The notes beneath the pieces were generated by a model. It was not told the DNA's origin. It saw nothing but the letters and a program-made list of their open reading frames with translations, and searched no databases. Below, in pieces: positions 55,453 to 64,000 of a stretch of 64,000 nucleotides of DNA; within the stretch, counting starts at the first letter, position 1, and every line of letters starts with the position of its first letter. This stretch comes from an uncultured cyanobacterium (GTDB lineage Bacteria; Cyanobacteriota; Cyanobacteriia; PCC-6307; Cyanobiaceae), in the NCBI GenBank assembly GCA_963765575.1, contig CAVXWZ010000002.1, positions 352,001 through 416,000 of the forward strand, written 5' to 3'. The position numbers and the translations under genes are program-made.

Positions 55453-57077
55453 GCGCGGGGGCCGCAACCGAGGCGCGACCCGTGGCTGGGGAGCTGCGAC
55501 GGCTGATCGCCGAACTGCTGGTGGTGCGTGCCAGCGGCCACCTCAGCGATCCGCAGCGCCGCTATCCGCGCTGGGAACTGGCCAACCGCGATCTGCAGGA
55601 GCTTCTGGAGGCTGGAGTGGGGGGGGTGATCCTGCTGGGGGGCAGCGCGGCGGAACTGGCCTGCGCACCCGCCAGCTGCAGGCCTGGGCCGGCCGCCCCC
55701 TGCTGCTCTGCGCCGATGTGGAGGAGGGGGTGGGCCAGCGGTTCGATGGCGCCAGCTGGCTGGTGCCGCCCCTGGCCCTGGGACGCCTGCATGGCCATGC
55801 GCCTGAGCAAGCCCTGGACCTGGCGGAGCGCTACGGAGCCTGCACCGGCCGTGAGGCCCGCGCCGTGGGGCTCAACTGGGTGCTGGCGCCGGTGTGTGAC
55901 GTGAACAACAACCCCGCCAATCCCGTGATCAACGTGCGCGCCTGGGGGGAGGATCCGGCCACCGCCGGCGCCCTGGCCGCCGCCTTCAGCCGCGGCCTCC
56001 AGGCCGACGGGGTGCTGGGCTGCGCCAAGCACTTTCCCGGCCATGGCGACACCGCCAGCGACTCCCACCTGGAGCTGCCGGTGCTGGCCCACAGCCGCGC
56101 CCGGCTCGAGGCGGTGGAGCTGCCACCCTTCCGCAGCGCGATCGCGGCCGGGGTGGCGGCGGTGATGACCGCCCACCTCAGCCTGCCGGCCCTCGACCCC
56201 CATCGGCCCGCCACCCTCTCAGCAGCGGTGCTCAGCGGCCTGCTGCGCCGGGAGCTGGGCTTCACCGGGCTGGTGGTGACCGACGCCCTGGTGATGGAGG
56301 CCATCGCCGGCCGCTACGGGGCCGGTGAAGCGGCCGTGCTGGCCTGGAGGCTGGGGCCGATCTGGTGCTGATGCCCGCCGATGCCCGCGCGGCGATCACC
56401 GCCATCGCCGGCGCCGTGGCCGGCGGCCGGCTGAGCCGGGAGCGACTGGAAAGCAGCGCCTCCCGCCGTCGCGCCGCCCTCTCCGCCCTGCCGGACCAGG
56501 GACGCACCGCGGCCGATCCTTACCAGGCCGCAGCGCCGGATCTGGGCCTGGCCCAGGACCTGGTGACCGCCACGCTGGAGGTGCGCGGCCAAATACAGCC
56601 GCGGCCGGCGGGCCGCTCCGGAGTGAACCTGATTCGCCTCGACCAGGCCCTGCAGAACCCCTTTCTGCCGGCGGCGGCGCCGGCGCTCACCCTCGCCGCC
56701 GCCGCCGGCTTCCAGCCCTGCCTGCTGGCGGGCGACACGACGTCGCCGTGGGGCGGAGATCCCCACGCCCCCCTGGCCCTGGAGCGGCTTGGGGAGGGGC
56801 CGGTGCTGGTGCAGCTGTTCGTGCGTGGCAACCCCTTCCGCGGCCACGCCGGCGGGCGCGAGCCCTGGCCGGCGGCCCTGCGGCAGCTGCTCGCCGCCGG
56901 CCGGCTGGCGGGGCTGGCGGTGTATGGCAGTCCCTACCTCTGGGAGGAGTTGCAGAACCTGCTTCCCCCCGAGCTGCCGGCGGCCTACAGCCCGGGCCAG
57001 ATGCCCCTGGCCCAGGAGGCCGTGCTGGCCGCCCTGGGGCTGGGGGGGGGGCCGGCGATGGCGGCTTCACCGACTGA
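55449..57077 (+). CDS. Glycoside hydrolase family 3 (beta-N-acetylhexosaminidase-like), three apparent frameshifts
   Basis: GGVILLG / [52 protein letters not shown] / ...GFTD*; indels at about 55660, 56343 and 57042-57051. Confidence 0.85.
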
Positions 57078-57134
57078 GGTGGGCGTGGCGCGCCGACGTG
57101 GCGACGATGCGGCCGACCCCGTGGCACGGCGCCG

Positions 57135-58363
57135 ATGAGCGTGAGTCTGTCGATGATCGTGCGCAACGAGGCCGAGCGGCTGGGGCGCTGCCTGGCCTCG
57201 GTGGCCGGTTTCGTGGACGAGATGGTGGTGCTGGACACCGGCTCCAGCGACGCCACCGTGGCAATCGCCGAGGGCTGCGGCGCCGTGGTGCACCACCTGC
57301 CCTGGCCCGGGGACTTCGCCCCGGCCCGCAATGAGGCCCTGAGGCATGTGCGCGGCGACTGGGTGCTGGTGCTCGATGCCGACGAACAGCTGCGGCCGGA
57401 GGCCAGGGAGCCGTTGCGGCAACTGCTGGCCAAGCCCGATCTGCTGCTGGTGAACCTGCTGCGCTTCGAGCGCGGGGCCCGCCAGTCGCCCTACTCAAGC
57501 GTGAGTCGCCTGTTTCGCCGCCATCCCGCCATCCGCTGGAGCCGGCCATATCACGCGATGGTGGATGACAGCGTGCTGGAGCTGCTCGGCCGGGAGCCGC
57601 ACTGGCGGATCGCCGACTGCGATGAACCGGCCCTGGTGCATGACGGTTACCGGCCGGAGCTGCTGGCAGCCGGTGACAAGGCGGTCCGCCTGCGCCGAGC
57701 CATGGAGAGCGAACTGGAGCGCCGCCCGGGGGATCCCTACGCCTGCGCCAAGCTCGGCAGCCTGGAGGTGAGCGAAGGGCGCTGCCAGCGGGGCATCGCG
57801 CTGTTGGAGCAGGGACTGGCCCACTGCCCGGCCTCAGCCGTGGCTGAGCGCTACGAGTTGCTGCTGCATCTGGCCATCGCCCGCACCCCCCGGCGCCGCA
57901 GCGGGCGATGGCGCTCTACCGCCAGGCCCTGGCCCTGCCCCTGGCGCCCCGGGTGAGCCTGGGGGCCCGCCTCAACCTGGCCAGCCTGCTCTCCGCGAGC
58001 GCATCCCTGCTGGACGATGCCGCCGCCGGTCGGGCGTGGCTGGAGGAGGCGGCCCACCTCAGCCAAGAGGCCACCACAGCGGCACCGGAGCTTGGTCTGG
58101 CCTGGGCACGACGGGCCCAGGTGGCACGGCAACGAGGCGATCTGGCGGCCGCGATCCAGTCCTACCAGCGGGCCGTGGGGCTGGATCCCACCCAGGCCGA
58201 CTGGCACCAGAACCTGGCGGCGGCCCAGCTGCTCTCGGGCGACATCGGCGCCGCCCGCAGCGGTTTTGCTGAGGCGATCCGCCTGCTCCATCAGCAGGGC
58301 CGGCCGGCGGCGGCCGAGGATCTGCGCCGGCGACTGCGCTCGCTGGTGACGCTCGACGACTGA
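57135..58363 (+). CDS. GT2 glycosyltransferase with TPR repeats, apparent frameshift at 57886-57891
   Basis: LSMIVRNE, VLDTGSSD, DFAPARN, LDADE; TPR repeats continue in ORF 57908-58363. Confidence 0.87.
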
Positions 58364-58403
58364 ACGCTCCCGACGACAGTTTCCCCAACGGACCCCAGAC
58401 GGC

Positions 58404-59261
58404 ATGGCCCAGCCCCCTGATCCCTCCACCGCCGCCGCGGCCAGCCCGGACCCGGCGCCCCTGGCGGGCCGCTGCCTGGCCGTGACCCGGGCCGAAACCC
58501 AGCTGGCGGCGGCGCGGCAGCTGTTTGAAGCGGCCGGGGCCCGGGTGGTGGACCTACCGGCTTTGGTGGTGACCCCCCCGGACACCTGGGGGCCGCTCGA
58601 TGACGCCCTGGCCGAACTGGACGACTTCCACTGGCTGGTGCTCTCCAGCGCCAACGGCGTCGAGGCGATGGAGCAGCGGCTGCGGCGCCGGGGCAGCAGC
58701 CTGGCCCACCGGCCAGCGAGTCTGAAGATCGCGGCGGTGGGCCGCAAAACCGCCGCCCGGCTGGCGGAGCTTGGCGCCCCGGCCGACTTCGTGCCGCCCG
58801 CCTTCGTGGCCGACAGCCTGGTGGAGCATTTCCCGGTGTCGGGGTGGGGCCTGCGGCTGCTGATCCCGCGGGTCCAGAGCGGCGGCCGCACCGTGCTGGC
58901 GGAGGCGTTCGCGGCGGGTGGGGCCCGCGTGGTGGAGGTGCCGGCCTATGAAACCCGCTGCCCCCAGGGTCTGCCCAGCCAGGCGGTGGCGGCCCTGGAT
59001 CGGGGGCAGCTGGATGCGATCACCTTCAGCAGTGGCAAGACCGTGAGCCACACGGCGCGACTGCTGGAGGAGGCGTTCGGCGCCGGCTGGCGGCAGCGCC
59101 TGGGCTCGGTGGCGGTCGTCTCGATCGGACCCCAGACCAGCGCGCGCTGCCGCGACTGCCTGGGCCGGGTCGATGCTGAAGCTGATCCCCACGACCTGAC
59201 GGGCCTGGTGGAGGCCTGCGCCAGGGCCCTGAGGGGCCGGCCCCTCAGAGCTCGGCCGTGA
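58404..59261 (+). CDS. hemD: Uroporphyrinogen-III synthase
   Basis: VTRA, SSANGV, AVGRKTA, AYET, FSSGKTV, SIGPQT. Confidence 0.93.
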   Translation: MAQPPDPSTAAAASPDPAPLAGRCLAVTRAETQLAAARQLFEAAGARVVDLPALVVTPPDTWGPLDDALAELDDFHWLVLSSANGVEAMEQRLRRRGSSLAHRPASLKIAAVGRKTAARLAELGAPADFVPPAFVADSLVEHFPVSGWGLRLLIPRVQSGGRTVLAEAFAAGGARVVEVPAYETRCPQGLPSQAVAALDRGQLDAITFSSGKTVSHTARLLEEAFGAGWRQRLGSVAVVSIGPQTSARCRDCLGRVDAEADPHDLTGLVEACARALRGRPLRARP

Positions 59262-59793
59262 CCGTCTGGCCGCCCTGGCGGAGCACCAGGCGACCGCGGT
59301 CGACATCGATCGAGGACACGACCCAGCCGGCCGGCAGCAGATCGGTGTTGCGGCCGCCCAGTTCACCGATGCCCACGGAGCCCGAGGTGGCGCCGAGTTG
59401 CACCAAGGCCTGGGGCGAGCCACCGGTGCGGATCACGCCGCTGAAGCGGAAGTCGGAGGGGAGCTGCAGGGGCGCGGGGCGGGGCGGCGGTGTCGAGGGG
59501 CGACCGACCGCTCCGGAGGTGGGTGCCGCTGGCGGCGCCGGGCGGTCGGAGGCGAAGGGATCGCTGCGGCCGATCGGATTGGCCGCCAGCACCTGGTTCG
59601 TGGTGGGCAGGGGCGTGAAGCCAGTCACCGCTGCGGCCGGCGCGGCAGCCGGATCAACGCCGGCGGCCGGCGCCGCAGGGGGATCCACCAGATCGGCCTC
59701 CGGTTGATCGCGGGAGCAGGCCGCCAGCACCAGAGCACTGCCGGCAAGGGCAGCCAGGAGCCAGGGGAACCGGATGGGCATGGACGGGGTCGA
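59245..59793 (-). CDS. Hypothetical lipoprotein (PilP-like layout)
   Basis: Lipobox VLAAC, Pro/Ala linker, GRSDPF, beta-rich FSGVI...ALV domain; start position approximate. Confidence 0.65.
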   Translation of the reverse strand, partial: STPSMPIRFPWLLAALAGSALVLAACSRDQPEADLVDPPAAPAAGVDPAAAPAAAVTGFTPLPTTNQVLAANPIGRSDPFASDRPAPPAAPTSGAVGRPSTPPPRPAPLQLPSDFRFSGVIRTGGSPQALVQLGATSGSVGIGELGGRNTDLLPAGWVVSSIDVDRGRLVLRQGGQTVTAEL

Positions 59794-59803
59794 CATCGGA
59801 CGA

Positions 59804-60247
59804 TCAGAGCTGGGGCTGTTCAACCAGATCCCGGAAGCGGTCGAGGTTGGCCTGGAGTTCCCGGGTGACGATGCCCCCCAGAATGGTCGGTTCCATGAGC
59901 GGTGCCAAGACCCCTGGCAATTCGTAGCTCACGCTGAGCTTCACGGCCGTGGAGCCATCGGGCTGCGGATAGAACCGCACCCCGCCCCGGGTGGGCAGGC
60001 CCCCCACCGACTCCCAATGCAGCTGCTGGGCCTCGACCCGCTGGGAGATGCGCGCTTTCCAGTGGAAGCGAAAGCCCTGGGCGGCGAGGGTCCAGTCGGT
60101 GAGATCCGGTTCGCCTGGGACGGCGACGACGGATTCAATCCAGCGCATCCAGCGGGGCATGGCCTCCAGGTCGCTCCAGACCGCCCAAACCTGCTCCACA
60201 GGGGCCTGGACCGTGGTGGTGACGCTGTGCTCGAGCCAACGGCCCAT
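59804..60247 (-). CDS. SRPBCC (polyketide cyclase-like) family protein
   Basis: MGRWLEHSV, WSDLEAMPRWM, WESVGGLPTRGGVRF; downstream of zds. Confidence 0.88.
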   Translation of the reverse strand: MGRWLEHSVTTTVQAPVEQVWAVWSDLEAMPRWMRWIESVVAVPGEPDLTDWTLAAQGFRFHWKARISQRVEAQQLHWESVGGLPTRGGVRFYPQPDGSTAVKLSVSYELPGVLAPLMEPTILGGIVTRELQANLDRFRDLVEQPQL

Positions 60248-60284
60248 GCGGTTCTCCTCGTGTGGCGGGTGGAAGCGGGCCGCC

Positions 60285-61830
60285 TCAGGCGGCGTCGGCG
60301 GTGGCCGTGCTGGCGGTGGCTGCGGTGGCTGCGATGGCGGCCTTGGGAGCGCTGCTGGCCAGATCCACAGGGCGATCGAGGATCGCCGCCGCCGCCAGCC
60401 TGCCACTCATGGTGGCCCCCTCCATCGAATCGATGTAGTCCTGGCGGGTGTAGCTGCCGGCGAGGAAGAAGTTGGACACCGGTGTGCGCTGGGCCGGGCG
60501 GAACGGCTCCATGCCCGGGGCTTCGCGGTAGAGCGACTGGGCCAGCTTGACCACGTTGCTCCAGACCAGCGTCAGATCGCTGGCGGAGGGGAAGAGCTCC
60601 CGCACCTGGGCGTCGGTGTGGGCGACGATCTCCTCGGTCTTCCTGGGGATCCAGGGGTCGCCGGGGGTGAGCACGCACTGCAGCAAGGAGCCCAGGCCCT
60701 GCTTGCGGTAGTCCGCCGGACTGGCCAGGGCCAGGTCGGCGAAGCAGCTGAAATCGGCGTCAGCGGAATACAGCAGGTTGTTGAGACCGGCGGGCTGGCT
60801 GAGGTCGGCGCGGGCCGCCCTGGCGGCGGCGCTGTCGCCCAGCTCGGTGACCCAGCCGTCGTAGCGCAGCTGCACCGTGGCGACGGGCACTGCCTCGAGG
60901 CGATAGATGTGATCAAACAGGGGCCAACGGCGCCAGGCTCTGGGGAATCAGGCGCTGGATGCCGGGCACATCGCAGGCCGCCAGGTAGGTGTCGGCCTGC
61001 ACCTGGATCTCACCCTCGGGGGTGCCCAGGGTCAGCCCGCTGACGCGGGTGGAGGGCAAGCCGTCGGTCCCGGCCGGGCCCTCCTCCACCCGCACCTCGG
61101 AGACGCGGTGACGCAGGTGCAGCCGGCCGCCGCGCTGCTGGATGTAGTCGAGGATCGGCCCGGTGAGCCAGCGGTGGGGGGATCCCTTGAGCAGGTTCAG
61201 CTTCGAGGCCTCCGTCTTGGCCGCAAACATCATGAAGATGGTGAGCATGCAGCGGGCCGAGATCGAGGCGCAGTCGATGAAGCCGAGCGCATAGGCGATC
61301 GGGTTCCACATCCGCTCGATGCTGCGGGGGCTGCCGCCGTGGTTGAGGAACCACTGCTGGAAACTGATCCGATCGAGGTCGCGGATCACGGCCATGGCGC
61401 CCTCGTAATCCACCAGCCCGCGCACGATCGGGCTGGTGCCCAGGGCGAGGGCGTTGCGCAGCTTGTCGATCCAGTCGAGCTGGGGGGTGGTGAAGAAGGC
61501 CTTGAGACCGTTGAAGGGAGCGCCGACGGGGAAGCGGAAGTCGAGATCGCGCAGGTCACCTCCCCGGTTCACGAACAGGTGGGTGTGCTCCTTGGGCAGG
61601 AGGTTGTCGATCGCCCCCACCTTGCGCATCAGGGCGAAGAGGTTGGCGTAGTTGAAGAAGAACACATGCAACCCCATCTCGATGTGGTTGCCGTCCGGAT
61701 CCACCCAGCTGCCCACTTTGCCGCCCATGAACGGCCGGGCTTCGTAGAGGTCGACCTGGTGGCCGGCATCCACCAGATCCACCGCGGCCGCCAGACCGGC
61801 CAGCCCTGCCCCAACAATGGCGACGCGCAC
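60285..61830 (-). CDS. zds: 9,9'-di-cis-zeta-carotene desaturase, apparent frameshift at 60942-60945
   Basis: [32 protein letters not shown]; second frame [17 protein letters not shown]...[12 protein letters not shown]. Confidence 0.93.
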
Positions 61831-61938
61831 CCGCTCAGTTCGCAAACAGTGCCATGACTCTATGGAGCGGAGCCCTCAAAAGGCGGCCGGCTCCCTAGCA
61901 TCGGCACCCAAACCACTGCGCGCCCCCGCGATTCCGCC

Positions 61939-62415
61939 ATGGCCACCGATCTGGCGACCCCGAAGACCAGCGAGCTGGCCCAGGCCAGCGATGCGGGCAC
62001 GGTCTCCCAGCAAGCGGCATCCCAGCCAGCGGTCTCCCAGCCAGCGGCCACCCACACGGCCCGCGATGGCAAGGGCATCCTGGTCACCGAGCCGGCGATG
62101 CATCAGCTCGCCGCGTTGGTGCACCAGCAGGGCGCGGGCAAGGTGCTGCGGGTGGGTGTGCGCTCCGGCGGCTGCAGCGGCATGAGCTACACCATGGACT
62201 TCATCGAGGCCGTCGACATCGGCCCCGATGACGAGCGCTACACCTATGAACCGGCCGGCAGGGCCAGCTTCGAGGTGGTGTGCGATCCCAAGAGCCTGCT
62301 GTACATCTACGGCATGCAGCTGGACTTCTCCAGCGCCCTGATCGGTGGCGGCTTCAACTTCTCCAACCCCAACGCCAGCCAGACCTGCGGCTGCGGCAGC
62401 TCCTTCGCCGTCTGA
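61939..62415 (+). CDS. Iron-sulfur cluster assembly accessory protein (IscA/HesB)
   Basis: GGCSGMSY, FSNPNASQTCGCGSSF; N-terminal 15-bp SQPAA-type repeats. Confidence 0.93.
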   Translation: MATDLATPKTSELAQASDAGTVSQQAASQPAVSQPAATHTARDGKGILVTEPAMHQLAALVHQQGAGKVLRVGVRSGGCSGMSYTMDFIEAVDIGPDDERYTYEPAGRASFEVVCDPKSLLYIYGMQLDFSSALIGGGFNFSNPNASQTCGCGSSFAV

Positions 62416-62472
62416 CACCGAGGTGGACGCCTGGCGTGGGAATCTGAGACCAGCGATCGCGTCTCTCCCGTC

Positions 62473-62895
62473 ATGACGGCCAGCACCGCGGACTCCCAGT
62501 TCGACCAGGCCATCGCCCGCTACAACGCCGGGGCCGCGCCCGCCGACCTGATTCCAGAGTTCCATGCCATCACCCGGCAGGCCCCCCGCCATTCCGCCGG
62601 CTGGACCTGCCTGGCCTGGCTGCAGCTGTTGGCCGACCAACCCCTCGACGCCCTGCACTCCGCCCGCAACGCGGTGAAGCTCAACCCCCAGGATCCGCAG
62701 GCGCGCATCAACCTCAGCCTGGCCATGCTCGAAACCGGCGCCAAGGGGGTGCGCGAGCACATCGACATCGTGCGGCGGGTGATGGCGATGGCGCCGGATC
62801 TGGCCCAGGAGCTGGAAGACTCAATCGCCGACGGCCTGCAGCGCCGACCGGGCTGGGGCGCGATGGAGAAGGTGCGGACCTGGCTGAGCAGCTGA
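62473..62895 (+). CDS. TPR-containing conserved protein
   Basis: WTCLAWLQLL, AVKLNPQDPQARINL. Confidence 0.8.
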   Translation: MTASTADSQFDQAIARYNAGAAPADLIPEFHAITRQAPRHSAGWTCLAWLQLLADQPLDALHSARNAVKLNPQDPQARINLSLAMLETGAKGVREHIDIVRRVMAMAPDLAQELEDSIADGLQRRPGWGAMEKVRTWLSS

Positions 62896-62909
62896 CCCCC
62901 ACCAGCTCC

Positions 62910-64000
62910 ATGGCCAAGGGCCGCGTCCTCGTACTCAGCAACGGCCATGGCGAAGATCTGAGCGGCGCCCTGATCGCCGCCGCCCTGCGGCGCCGCGGCG
63001 TGGCGGTGGCCGCGCTGCCCCTGGTGGGCCATGGCGAGCCCTACCGGCGGCGCGACATTGCCGTGCTGGGGCGCACCCGCTCCTTCAGCACCGGTGGCCT
63101 CGGCTTCACCAGCCTGGCCGGCCAGATGCGGGAGCTGCTGGAGGGCCAGACGCTGCACGTGATCCTGCAGCTGGCGCGGCTGCGGGGCCGCAGTCGCGAC
63201 ATCGATCTGGTGCTGGCGGTGGGGGATCTGGTGGCTGTGCTGGGCGGTTGGTTGGCGGGCCACCCGGCGGCGGTGTATCTGGTGGCCTACTCCAGCCACT
63301 ACGAAGGCCGCCTGCGACTGCCCTGGCCCTGCGGCTGGCTGCTGCGGCGGCCGCAGATGCGGGCAATCTGGGCCCGGGACCGCCTCAGTGCCGACGACCT
63401 CTGCGGCCAGCTGCAGCGGCCGGTGACATTCGTCGGCAACCCCTTCCTCGATGGAGTGCTGGATGGGGTGCCGGATGGGCAGGTCGATGGCCCGGATGCG
63501 GCCCAGCGGGAACCCCGGGCCGCATCCGCGCGGCAGCGGCTGCTGCTGCTGCCCGGCAGCAGGCTGCCGGAGGCCCAGCACAACCTCACCCTGATGCTGC
63601 GGCTGCTGCCCCGTCTGGCCCGCCGGCTGCAACGGCCCCGGGATCTGCAGGTGGCCGCCGCCCTGGTGCGGGATCTGCAGCCCCAGACAATCCTGCGCCT
63701 GGCGGCGCCCCTCGACTGGACCCCGGTGACGGAGAGGGGCAAGGGGCCCGCGCTGGGGCTGCGCCATCCCTGCGGCCTGGTGCTGGAGCTGGGGTGGTCG
63801 CTGTTCGCCCAGCAGTTGATGGCCGCGGATCTGGTGCTGGCCATGGCGGGAACGGCCACCGAACAGGCGGTGGGGCTGGGCAAGCCGGTGCTGCAGCTGG
63901 CCGGCCGCGGCCCCCAGTTCACGGCCGGATTCGCCGAGGCCCAACGGCGCCTGCTGGGCCCGGCGGTGGTGGGCGCCGCGGGGGAGCCGGGCAGCCCGGC
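62910..64000 (+). CDS. Lipid-A-disaccharide synthase-related protein (partial; runs off the window edge)
   Basis: Manual translation MAKGRVLVLSNGHGED...STGG...LLPGSR...MAGTATEQAVGLGKP...GPQFT. Confidence 0.88.
   Translation, partial: MAKGRVLVLSNGHGEDLSGALIAAALRRRGVAVAALPLVGHGEPYRRRDIAVLGRTRSFSTGGLGFTSLAGQMRELLEGQTLHVILQLARLRGRSRDIDLVLAVGDLVAVLGGWLAGHPAAVYLVAYSSHYEGRLRLPWPCGWLLRRPQMRAIWARDRLSADDLCGQLQRPVTFVGNPFLDGVLDGVPDGQVDGPDAAQREPRAASARQRLLLLPGSRLPEAQHNLTLMLRLLPRLARRLQRPRDLQVAAALVRDLQPQTILRLAAPLDWTPVTERGKGPALGLRHPCGLVLELGWSLFAQQLMAADLVLAMAGTATEQAVGLGKPVLQLAGRGPQFTAGFAEAQRRLLGPAVVGAAGEPGSP

Noticed and set aside
54723..55904. Apparent RbfA-glycoside hydrolase fusion (393 aa)
   Set aside because: Explained by one extra A at 55384-55386; the correction restores a normal ATGA stop/start overlap.
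51924..61830. Programmed frameshifting or true pseudogenes in queD, aroK, GH3, GT2 and zds
   Set aside because: No shared slippery site or stimulatory structure, mixed +1 and -1 directions, and clustering in homopolymers point to sequencing error.

Overview
This window is high-GC core chromosome from a picocyanobacterium (Cyanobium/Synechococcus-like, judged from psbU, petL, nblA-like, zds, CRR7, the VKOR-Trx fusion and the rRNA sequence). It holds about 55 housekeeping or conserved genes and one complete minus-strand rRNA operon (16S, tRNA-Ile, tRNA-Ala, 23S, 5S; about 28.76-34.31 kb). I found no transposase, integrase, prophage, CRISPR array or defence island, and I cannot support a claim of a new multi-gene system. 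The points most worth a second look are: (1) small genes the ORF track misses or mis-starts, namely petL, a 37-aa membrane ORF and an nblA-like gene behind an NtcA-type promoter; (2) a stand-alone phosphatase resembling the N-terminal domain of proteobacterial GgpPS, with a 23-bp duplication at its 3' end; (3) a low-GC, possibly mosaic RND permease; (4) a Nif11-like ORF with a leader but no core peptide; (5) nine single-base indels confined to 51.2-61 kb, most likely long-read consensus errors. All product calls rest on motif recognition from memory, not on database searches.
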